Source: Lama glama (taxonomy: Eukaryota). From it: 64,000 bases of DNA. The notes beneath the pieces were generated by a model that searched no databases, was not told where the DNA came from, and worked only from the letters and a program-made list of their open reading frames with translations. The translations under genes were made by a program, and so were the position numbers. The stretch is from assembly GCA_028534125.1 (NCBI GenBank), contig CM052818.1, positions 16,432,001-16,496,000 on the forward strand, given 5' to 3'. Within the stretch, counting starts at the first letter, position 1. Each line of letters opens with the position of its first letter. Of the stretch, positions 52,657 to 64,000 are shown one piece after another.

Positions 52657-53156
52657 NNNNNNNNNNNNNNNNNNNNNNNNNNNNNNNNNNNNNNNNNNNN
52701 NNNNNNNNNNNNNNNNNNNNNNNNNNNNNNNNNNNNNNNNNNNNNNNNNNNNNNNNNNNNNNNNNNNNNNNNNNNNNNNNNNNNNNNNNNNNNNNNNNNN
52801 NNNNNNNNNNNNNNNNNNNNNNNNNNNNNNNNNNNNNNNNNNNNNNNNNNNNNNNNNNNNNNNNNNNNNNNNNNNNNNNNNNNNNNNNNNNNNNNNNNNN
52901 NNNNNNNNNNNNNNNNNNNNNNNNNNNNNNNNNNNNNNNNNNNNNNNNNNNNNNNNNNNNNNNNNNNNNNNNNNNNNNNNNNNNNNNNNNNNNNNNNNNN
53001 NNNNNNNNNNNNNNNNNNNNNNNNNNNNNNNNNNNNNNNNNNNNNNNNNNNNNNNNNNNNNNNNNNNNNNNNNNNNNNNNNNNNNNNNNNNNNNNNNNNN
53101 NNNNNNNNNNNNNNNNNNNNNNNNNNNNNNNNNNNNNNNNNNNNNNNNNNNNNNNN
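52657..53156. other. Assembly gap (500 N)
   Basis: Run of N. Confidence 1.
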
Positions 53157-53239
53157 TTTTAGACATTTCATATGCTGAATCTTAAGCAGTAGATACAAAG
53201 GGAAAAGTGTTTAGCAGACTGAAAGTCTTAGATGGTTGG

Positions 53240-53445
53240 AGGCAGTAAGTTATAGTGAAAATTGTCAGTCCTCAGTATGTATTCCTCACCTGATGATTTT
53301 TAAGATAATTGTTTTTAAGGTAATTAATCTCTGTGATCCTGAGTTTCTGTATCTACAATAAGTTGTTAATACTGAGATTTTATGAAGACTAAGTTTAAAC
53401 ATATGTGCAAATGTCTGAAAGATAGTAGTGTTTAATAAATGCAAC
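53240..53445 (+). mobile_element. MIR SINE
   Basis: taattaatctctgtgatcctgagtttctgtatct...gtgtttaataaatg. Confidence 0.55.
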
Positions 53446-54299
53446 TTTCTTGACCTTGAAGTTATATCACCATTTCAACCAACATATGTGATCATCTGTA
53501 GCAAGTGGCTAAGTGGCTAATGGGCAAATAATAAATGAATATTCTCTTATACTATTTGTTATTCTGAATTTCATAAAAGAGCTTTTTGAAAACAACAGAC
53601 TCCACCAAATCCTTTTATTCCTTTTCGTGAAGCTCTGGCCATCATTGTTTTATTAGCCAAGACACTAGTTAACTAGATGGCATAATTTATCAGATAGTAG
53701 TAGTCATTAAATCCTTATAAATTTGGTCATAACAATATTAATCTCAGTTATGACTACTTTAAAAAGATTTCATGTGAATATATGTAAGACCATGATTATT
53801 GAGATAAATTATATTACTTCTATTAAAATTACAGGTTCTGGTCCTGACTCAGGAAAGGGATCTTGAAGATTTCTATTTTGCTTCTGAAAGATACCAACTC
53901 TTTTCCAGCCATAACCCAAAGAGTCACACAGTATCTATAATAATTAAATAGAGTATTGTAAACCAATCATACCACAAAAAATATACTCATAAAATGCACA
54001 TTATATAGCAACAAAGACTAGGAAAGGAAAATTATTCCTACTTACCATATCTTCAGTGTTAATTAAGTGAAATGTGGTATGTTTACTAAGTTATGAAATA
54101 TTTTGTTGATTAGACACCCTATAAAAGTTGGGGCTCTGAACAGTGAGCAAAAAGCAGGCAGATTTTGGAGAATTAAAACTTGAGAAGAACAACTAGCATG
54201 AACTGAGATTTTCACTGTTATGGTGTTATCCTGAGAACAGACTGAAATTGCATCACAGTCAAGGCAGCAAAAACCCAGATTTAAAAAACCCGCCACTTA

Positions 54300-55510
54300 C
54301 TGATTTGATGTATTGAAACACTGTCATCCTCTACATCTTATTTCCAGGGAAACCAATGCCACAAGAATATGATGAGATTACAAACTATGTCCAAGTCTCT
54401 GGCTGACCCCTGAACTGCATAGGCACAAGAAACACAAAATAGCCCAGCTAAGGAAAAAAAATAATTGGACTGAGATTTGAGCTGCTCCTTACTATAGGCA
54501 AGACAGATCTTCATTTTAATCCTAAATATGTCATTGCCTTGCTAAAACAAAAGAGTAATATTCTTCAGAGAAATAAGCAAAATCTAGATTTTCTACAGCA
54601 TAATCTGCTCAACCTGAAATGCAGTGTAAGAGCACTTGTCATATAAAATAAACTAGAAATTTGGCTTATTCTCAAAGATAAAGACAATCAACAGAGATCA
54701 ACTTAAAAGTAACCCACATGTGTAATTCTTGACAAGTTCTTCAAAGTAGCTAATATAACTATGCTTAACTAGACAAGCATATATGTTTATAACAAATAAA
54801 GTCAAGGAAATATCTGAGAAATAGAAACTATAAAAAGTTCCACATGGAAAGTTTAGAACTGAAAAAATGACATCTTAAAAAAATTTCTAGATAGGCATAA
54901 TATCAAGAGTTAATGGACTTGAAGATAAAGCAATAGAAATTATTCAGTATAAAAAAAAGACTAAGATCTATATCTATAGTTATTATTATGTGAAATATTT
55001 ACATATAATAATATATATTTTGTTGTATTATATTATTATGATTATATTAGAGAAAGAAAGAGATTGATAGAAGCACTTCAGGGACATGTGGAACAATACA
55101 AAATGGTCTAAAATGTGTAATTCAAGTTCCAGAAGAAAAAGTGAGAATGAGTAGAAGAAATAATGGCCAATACTTACCACGTTTCATGAAGGCATAAATT
55201 TATGGATTAAGGAAAATCAGTGAAACTCAAAATAAATCAGTATGAAGAAGAAAATTTCTAGATTTATCATAGTCAAACTGCTGAAAATAAAAAATTAAGA
55301 AAAAAATTTGAAAGCATTCTTACAAAAAATGGTGTATTGGATACAAGAAAATAAAAATTGGAATTACTGTAGACTTCTTGTCAAAACTATGGCATCAATA
55401 AGACAGTGGAACACCTTTTATAATGTGCCAAAAGAATTAAAAAAAAAAAACCTATCAATACTGACTTCCACACTTAGTGAAAATGTCCTTCAATAATTAA
55501 GTCTAAATAA
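54300..55510 (+). mobile_element. Ancient L1 (L1MD/L1ME-type) 5'UTR end and ORF1 relic
   Basis: aagacaatcaacagag, ttagaactgaaaaaat, ggacttgaagataaagcaatagaaattatt, cttcagggacatgtggaacaat, atcatagtcaaactgctgaaa. Confidence 0.7.
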
Positions 55511-56189
55511 AATAAAACACTATTTCTCATAACAGGTAATAAAAATAATGAGCCTATCATCCCATAAAGATGTCATTCAACTATAATCCTAAAACTCAGG
55601 GATGACATGTATTGTTAGAACAATGACAGATTGATTGAAACAAGGATCAACTATTAAACTTCCATCTCAGTTTTTTTTGTATTTCTATTGTGTTTATTCT
55701 ATTTTAGATTATGCTGATTTCACATACATGTATTATTACTCCCAAGTAATATATAATAAATTGTATGAATAATGTGCTGTGTCTTATTTACTTTGATGTT
55801 CCCATAGAACTTTGTACTTAGTTCTTGCATAAAAAAAATAGCAGTTGAAAAAATAAACCTAATAAAAAATACAATTGTTTTCTTGTGGTGAAATGGAGAA
55901 CTATTGTCTAATATTGAGAGGTATTTGTGCAAATGTGACATTTTTCTATCCAAAATAAGTTTCCTTTCAGATGAGTTAAAAGTTAAAATATAATTTTTAA
56001 GTAATTAATACTCCAAAAAGAAGATATTTTATGTATTTTTATAAAATAAATAACATAAAAGAATGTTAAAATATACATGAATAAGTGGTTTGATATATTA
56101 CCTAGTCTTATTTATTTCTTCAGCTGTGTTCATTTGCTTGCATTTATATGTGCATTTATTTCCTCAACAGCTCTTTGGTTGAAAATAAC

Positions 56190-56460
56190 CATTGTGAGAT
56201 GATTTAAAGAGCAGGCTCTTGAGACAGAATTCCTGAGTCAAATCCTCAGTTTGTAACTTTCTAACAGTATTACTGGCATAATTTTCTTAATATGAATATC
56301 TCAATTTCCTCATTTAAAAACAGGTGTAATAATATTATTTACCTTTTAGAGGTGTTATGAGTGCTTAATACAAAATATGTAAATGTGTAAAGCACTTATA
56401 ATAAAGTGCTTATATAAAGCTTGACAGGTATTAAGACTTTAATAAATGTTAACAATAGTA
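56190..56460 (+). mobile_element. MIR SINE
   Basis: tttaaagagcaggctcttgagacaga...tctcaatttcctcatttaaaaa...tgtgtaaagcactta...taataaatgtta. Confidence 0.8.
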
Positions 56461-57939
56461 GTGGTAGTAGGAGAGGTGATAATAGTAGATTATCCACTGT
56501 AGTGGTAGAATTACTTAACAGTTCATTCCTACCCTTGCGGAAACAAGAATGCAGGTTCTTTTGGTTTTTTCTTTCTTACATTAAAAAAAAAATTTTTTTC
56601 TTAAAAGTTACAGTCTGTATATATACAGGCTATGTATATGAATGTTGGTGAAACGTAAAGTTTTCTAGGGATATTTTTGTATATTTCTATCTCATTGGAT
56701 TTCTGTTTTTGTCGTATATTTTTTGAATGTAATAGAATAAGATTTAGAGTATGCAAAATCAACTTTTAAATTATTTTGTTTTTTAAAAGGGAGTATTTTC
56801 ATGAAATATTTTTAAACTCTAAAGTCCCTTTGTATATTTGTGGGAAAATTTTAGTGGCAGATACGTGAGATACACACAGAAATTGGATATAAGCTTCAGC
56901 ACCATGATAAGAGAAAGATTAGTCATTCCCTTCTTGTGATAAATGGCAGCAGGTTTTATGATTAAAGAATTTAAAGAAGCAAGGTGTATTACATATATCT
57001 TAAAACTTTGTTTATGATGAATGTGGTTTCGGAAATAGTAAGAGAGACAGGCTGTTATCTGTTTATGAATGTCTTTCTCCCTTTGAAACAGAAAGCAAGC
57101 CAAGCTAATGATGGTTTGATTCGGATATCATGAATTAAAAGGTAATTTTGTACTAGCTAACACAATCCAGCCTGCCATCCATTCTATTTCATTAAATATC
57201 TTCCCTACATTAATAAAGTATTTTAGTCCCCACTAATTAAGCCTTACTTTCCTATAGAAATAAGCCAATGAGAATTAAGAATCCTATCTTCATCCATACA
57301 TGCACATGGGTGTACACACACACACTGTCTTGACTCTGAACCCTAGACATAGGCCAGCATTATTGCAGCTGGCATTATGTCTTTCATCAAGAGGCACCCA
57401 GAGACTTAAGCACAGTCCTCTGACTGCCTTCAGTACAGGAAAATGATGACCAGTAAAACTAAGGCATTGCCTAAAAGAAAGTGTTGTCTACATGACCACT
57501 TAAGAGAAACTAGAGTTAGGCCATTGAGAATTTTTTGTCTCAGGAACAAGGATGAAGGAATGGCATCAGGAAGATGGAGGAAACAGATATTTGTTACTTT
57601 TTCCTCCCATTTTTCTCCACCAATTAAATAAGCTCTTGTTTCTTCTTTAGGTACCTGGTGTTTTTGAGGTAAATGTGCAGAAATAATTGTGCAAAATAGC
57701 TTTTCCAACTATGTAGTTAATAAGAAATATTATTTTCTTAAAGTGGACAGTGACATCATGGATGCTGATTAAAGTGCCTTCTTGAGAATATGCTAGCGTG
57801 TGTCACCATTTGCAAATACTGGTAAAGCAGCTGATAATAACTAGTGATATGTCAGGAAGACACACCATGAGAAACAGTTAAGTTATATATAAGTAGGAAA
57901 GTCTAAACATGCATGGTCTTTTGTTTCTTGCCCAACACA

Positions 57940-58985
57940 TGCTTATCTCATGCCACTTCCTCTTCTCCTCTCCCTACCCACACAGCCTTCCTTTTCTTCA
58001 GCACTCTGACTCACCAACTTTATGGTGTTCATTTCTAGAACGCACAAACTCCTTCCTGCAAATGGTCTTCAAACTCGTATCTTCTCATTAGATTGTGTTC
58101 TCCTTCTTATCACTTTGCCGACTCCTCTTCTCCAATCAGGTCGCATCTTAGGTATTACTTTCTTAGCTTTCTCAAAGGGTCTTTTCTAAAAACCCTTTCA
58201 GCCTTCCTCTCTGGTGTTAAATACAGGAGAATCTTGTATCTTTTCTTCATAGCACTTACCACAAATGACTGTTAATTCATTTTATCTTCTATTTGTTTAT
58301 ACATTATCTTTTTCCTCATTACACTTATCTCCACAAGAAAGGCAACATTTATGACTTGCTCACCATTATATCTCTTGTTGAGAAAGGAAGTCAGGTTTAG
58401 TTTCTTGCCCACTACATAGTCACATAAGAGTAGCCTTGGTCCTGGAACATTTCCTTACTGGAATACTAAGAGTATTGGTAGCTTGTGGGGGGCTTGCCTT
58501 GTGAGGGAAAGGAATATCTTTACCTATTCTGAGTCATATGCATACTTCTTTATTCTGCTTAAGATGTGCATCAGTGGTCCTCAGGCACATCCCTAGCTTT
58601 CTGTATTTCAAAGAAAGCTCCCACAGAGGAAGGGTTGAGGTCCTTCCACTGCAACACAAAGTACTTAGTGCTTGCAGCTACATCACTTGTGTTGACTGTG
58701 GAGTGGACCCAATTAGGCCATGAAGACTAACACATTGCAAGGGACTAGACCTTGTGCACTCTCTGTCCTCTTTTGTAAATAAAAAGCTGTACAGCTTAGA
58801 CTGATATGCATGGTGTTTGCTTGCAGTGACCTTGAATCATGCATTGGTGTAGTCCCTGGGTGTCACTTTCTACTTTTTGACCATTGCTGCACAGCCACCC
58901 AGAGAATACAGAAACATCCATAGTGGTTTTCATAATATCCAACACACAAAAGATGTTCAGTAAATATTCATTTAATTAATAAAGA
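57940..58985 (+). mobile_element. L2 3' relic interrupted by an LTR
   Basis: cttcatagcacttaccaca, cttgctcaccattatatc, terminal gttcagtaaatattcatt. Confidence 0.55.
58376..58916 (+). mobile_element. ERVL-type solo LTR (MER74/MER54-like)
   Basis: tgttg...aaca termini, internal AATAAA near 58778, GC-richer than flanks, splits the L2. Confidence 0.55.
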
Positions 58986-60877
58986 ATAAAGAAAATCCTC
59001 TTATCAATGCCTGCCTGAATGTATTAACTAGTTCTATTAGAAGAAATTGGGAGATGGTGTGGAAAATTCAGTATATAGCATTTTTATGGTTTACCCTCAT
59101 GTTAAGTCTGATAGCAGTGAACTTTATATAATCAATTCCATAATGTGTTTTTAATCATTTTCAGTTAATTCTTCTCTATCACAGAATCCTAGGAAGAAGT
59201 CCTCTAGTTATTTTTATGGATTTCTAACCATACCTTGAATACTTAAAATTATCTAAATTAAGTATATCAGGTAAATATTACTTTTAGTAATTTTTTTTAG
59301 CCGGGTTTCTTTCAGTATTGATAGTTTTCAAGCATGTCTGTTCCATACTTGCCTGGTCACTGCCATTGGGTCATTAAGGAAATGCCTAAGATAAATGATA
59401 GATCTTAAAAGCAAAAGATAGAAAGAAATGAAAACTATTAAATCAGTGATTTCATGCTCTTTCCAGAAAAGATGGAAACTTGATCTTTACAAAAGCTTGA
59501 AAAGAGGTGACAACTAGAATTTATTTTTGAATTAGAACTGAGTACCCAAAAGAAACATTTTTTAAAAACAGAAAGGAAATAAGAATTAATTCTGAATACA
59601 TTCTAAGAAAGATGACAGCCACCCTAAATGTCAAGGAAAATTTGGACTACCATTCTTGTCTACCATTGAGTTGTCAGCACATACCTTTGTGGTGTTCATA
59701 CGTCCTCACCCTGGACCCATGTGGAGTCTTCTTCAATACTATTTAGCTTAGCAATCTGTCAATTTCCCTATTCAAGTCTCCATTTAGAAAGGTAAAATCT
59801 TGCCCCTGGCTTGCTGGACTATTGCCCTACATAAAGATAATTAGATTCCAATAGAACAGCAGCTAATTTGTGGGTTTAACATAGTGCTGCTTTTAGATAG
59901 TAATACAGTTATTTTCTAAAACATTAAATACACATCAGCATTAATGTAAATCAAGTAGTTTCCAGCCTCACATCTGAAGAGTGTTTTTTATTATTTAAAT
60001 CCCTAGAGATTGTACAATATCTATGGCTACCTAATAATTCCCTGTTAATATATTCAGATGACACTACTTTACACTTGAGGTGGAATCCAGAGAGTTTCAG
60101 GAATTAGAAAATGTGAACCAGCTTGACTGGTTTAGTCTGAGCTTTTCACTTTTAAGTCTTGACAGAAAGAAAACTACTGAATCATTCGAATGCCAAAATT
60201 AAATTTGCTGTATTAACAACAGAGTTCATTTGTGTAAATTAAGTTACTTTTTCCTTAGGAATTAAAATTACTTTTATACTGTGTAATGAGTTTTATCCAA
60301 TATGTGGAAGTCATTTTTCACTTGGCACATTTTTGGTGAGATAGCACACACACAAAAAAAGGTGTGAATTCAAGCCCCTAATAATATATGAGAAGGATGT
60401 GTAAAATCCAAAAAAAACCAGTCACACCATACTTGTGGCTTCATGATGCCAATTGGCCAGATTATTTGGGGAGACAGATAATTTGTACTCTGTCATGCAA
60501 AGATCACAAGTGAATTTCTGCCTGATTAGGATTTTTATTTTATTTTATTTTGTTTTATTTTCTCATTATACTACATGGTAAATATATTTGGATTGAATCA
60601 TATATTTTGGAATCATATGATCAGGCCAATTTTCATTCTTTCTGAAATATGAACATAATTTTATAGCTCATCCACAGGAAAATTCAAATCTCAGATGGGG
60701 AGAACATTTGAAAAGGCTGGTCCTGCCATAGGGCTGTAATCATAAATATTGTTGTTGGAAATACAATAAAGGCAATATTGTCATACCATACATCAAATTT
60801 GCATCTAAACATTTACTTAAAAATATTGCATCAGCCTATTCCATCTTTAAATTTATTATCATTGTAGGAAGTAGCTT

Positions 60878-62600
60878 TTGTTTTAACATCCTTACTGAGG
60901 TGCAACTGAATACAGTTTACTGAACATATTAAAGTGAACACATTAAAGCAAAGAAGCTTTGAAATAAGTGTACATCCATGGAAGTATTATCACAATCAAG
61001 AGAATGAACATATCTATTACCCACATAAGTTTCCTTGCACACTTTTAGTGATCCCTCTCTCTTCTCTTCCCCCTGCCCAATCCCTAGGCAATCACTGATA
61101 TGCTTTCTTTCACTACCTATTAGTTTGCATTACCTAGAACTGCATGTAAATAGAATCATGAAGTATGCACATTTTTATCTGACTTTGGTATTAGAACAAT
61201 GCTGACCTCATGCAATGAGTTGTAAACTATCTGGAACATATTTTGGAATAGTTTGTATTGAATTGGTTTTATTTCCTCCTAAATGTTGCATAGATTTCAC
61301 TAGTGAATTCATCTCATCCTGAAATTTGATTTCTTCATTGAATCATGTGGATGACTAGCGGGTCATTTAGTTTTCCAGAGCTGGAGGTTTTTCAGAGATC
61401 TTTCTGTTACTGATTTGTACTTTAAATCCACTGTGATCAGAGAATATACTTCGCATAACTTGAACCCCTTTGAATTTATTAAGACTTTAACTATGGCCCC
61501 AAATATGATCTACCTAGGTAAAATTTCTGCATCCACTTGAAAATCATGTGTATGCTTTCATTCTTGGGTGAGATGTTCTATAAATGTAAATTAGGTCAAA
61601 TTACGTGATAGCGTTGTTTAAATCTTCTTGTATTCTGTGTATTGTTCTATCAAATATTGAAAGATTAGTATTTAAATTTCATATTGCATATATGAATTTA
61701 TTTATTTCTCCTAAAATTTTTGGTTTTATTTCATGAAGCAAATTTATTTATTTGAAACTCTGTTATTAGATACATAAACAGTTTTTTGTACTCAATAAAT
61801 TGACCCTTTTATCATTATGTTCTTTTTATTCCCATTAATAATTTTTACTCTAAAATGTCTTTTTTCTCAGATTATTTTAAACACTTTCTTTTCATTTATT
61901 TTAGCATGGAATATCTTTTTCCATCGTTTTCTTTTTATTATATTGTATCCTTGTATTTAAAGTGCATTTCTTATAGTCAGCATAAAACTGAGTCTCTTTT
62001 TTTTAAATCAAATCTGAGAATCTGTGTCTGTTAGTTGGAATATTTAGACTGTTGCCACTTTATTAATAGATGTAGTTAGGTTTAAACTGCCATCTTGTAT
62101 TTATTTCCTATTCTCTTAATTTTTTCACTTTTTCTTTGTTATCTGTATTTCTGGAATGAATTGAATACATTTTGTGAGTCTATTTTATCTCCTTGGATAT
62201 TTGATTTACTATAAATCTTTGTTCTTTATGTAGTTTCTTTAGCGTGTATAATATGTATCTTTAACTTATCAGAGTAGTGTTATACCATTTCACAAATAAA
62301 AACCATTTCTCCCCTCTACACATCTTTCTTGTTATTGTAATACATTTTACTTTTTCATGCATTCAAAATCTCATGCCACATTTTAATTTTTTTGTTTAAA
62401 GAGTATATTGTCCTTGAAGGCATTAAGCTGGATAGTCCTAGAACTTGCCTCATGTGTTTTCTGTGAGCAGCCAGTCCTTTGTTGCCTGATATACCTTTTC
62501 TTACAAACCTTTTCTTACAAGACCATTAATAATTTTTGTTAAATTTTTGTTTGTTTCAGATGGGAGGTAAAATCTTATCTCTGTTATTCTGTCTAAGACA
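60878..62600 (-). mobile_element. L1MB7/8-like 3' end followed by older antisense L1 ORF2 fragments
   Basis: atcacaatcaagagaatgaacatatc...ccctaggcaatcactgat...atgtaaatagaatcat; ccactgtgatcagagaatatact; aattgaccctttatcatta-like motifs. Confidence 0.75.
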
Positions 62601-64000
62601 GAAACTGAGTAGCTGAGGCAATTTTGATTGAACCACAGATGTTTTAGAACTGTTATATTTCAGAGCCATTATGTTTCTCTGTGTAACTTCCCTATTGATC
62701 TTGATTTTATCTCCTGAGTACTATACAAAAGAGTCTAATCTGTCTTCTGTGAACTAGTCCTTCAATTTTATGCATATTTTAGGTTCAGCCTTTTGGATTT
62801 TTTACATGTGTCACATGTATAATTGCTTAAATTGGTCCTATTTTGAAAGTATTTAAGGTGATCATCTATATTGTATCGTATATTTCTAGTCTTAAAATCT
62901 TAGCTATTATCTGTCTGGTGTTGTGCCATTTTTTGGTATACATTTATTTAAACAATCTCCAGAATAATTCTTGAGGTAATTATTCTGTCTTCCTTTTAGA
63001 AATGTACTTTAGCTAATGACTCATGTAATAGATAATCTAAATGTATATTATTAGGAGAAATGTTAAACAATTGATAGTTTAGCCATATAATAAAATAGTA
63101 TGCAAGAACTGAATCTGGTGACAAAGATTTATTTTTATTGATAAGGAAAATTTTTCTTATGTTTAATCAAAACAAGTTGGAGAACTGCACTTTTATGCAG
63201 ATTAAAAGTGAACAGTATATTAGTTTAAGTCTTGTTATCTGAGGAAAATAGAAGGAAATATTTATAACAAGTGTTGCCTGAAATATATGGAATATCCATC
63301 AAGTTTTTATTCTTTAGTCTCTCATTTGTAGTTTGAATTATTTTTCCATGTGTTTATATGCATACATGTATATGTTTGGTGACATGTATTTACAATAAGC
63401 ACCTGTAAATTAATATTCAGTAGGGATAAAACAACAATGGTGAAGCCATTTATATTATATAATTAAAAATAAAAACATTGAATCTAATGAAAACATGTTA
63501 GATAAAAACATTCAAACTAATACTGTAATGCAGATTTCGGTTTAGTGTTTCATTCAGCCTTAGTAATAATGACAAAACTAAATTTTAAAAACCTACAGGA
63601 AATTCTGAGTCTGAGTTGAACTGTTCTTACTTTTATCTCTTCTATTCAGTCAAATTTTATCTTCAATATTATAAACCTCAGAGGTTCAGATGGTACAGGT
63701 TAATTTTCAGTAGCACAGCTGAATATTTTGGGGCTCATCCAAGTGAGTCTTTAGAGACTTACAGAGCATTGGTGTGCATTGACCCTGTGGCGTGATTTTC
63801 TTCCTTCTGCTCAGCAGCATTCAAATCTAGACCCATACAGACAGAATACCAAATTAGAGCTTCTAGCCAAGTTTTTAGGTTTTTACATGGCATTTTGTGT
63901 GCTTACTTTGTTTTTAAATAATATCCTTTTTATTATAAATGTCACACAAATGCAAGGAATAATTTTAGAAAATAAATTTAGATAATACAAAAATTACAAA

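Noticed and set aside
52526..53198. 176-219 aa ORFs
   Set aside because: Artefacts of translating through the N gap and a SINE

Overview
AT-rich mammalian genomic DNA, most likely camelid (alpaca/vicuna/camel), judged from three copies of a tRNA-Ala-derived Vic-1-like SINE. I could not support any intact protein-coding gene; the ORF track is mostly noise or decayed L1 ORF1. The one clear functional landmark is a small CpG-island promoter at ~7.85-8.24 kb (NRF1, YY1 and ETS-like motifs). It probably drives an unidentified minus-strand gene whose first intron would run off the left end through a dense cluster of solo LTRs. The remaining ~56 kb looks intergenic or intronic: L1, L2, MIR, hAT DNA-transposon and ERV-LTR relics, microsatellites and one 500-N gap. 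The most notable oddities are a TSD-flanked ~1 kb L1 made only of 5'UTR plus 3'UTR with a young 58-bp internal duplication, a poly(A)-tailed orphan 3'UTR-like insert, a TSD-flanked micro-insertion, and a strong-Kozak 29-aa uORF in the promoter exon. I found no convincing new biological system. Repeat family names come from recalled consensus sequences, not a database search, and most repeat boundaries are approximate.
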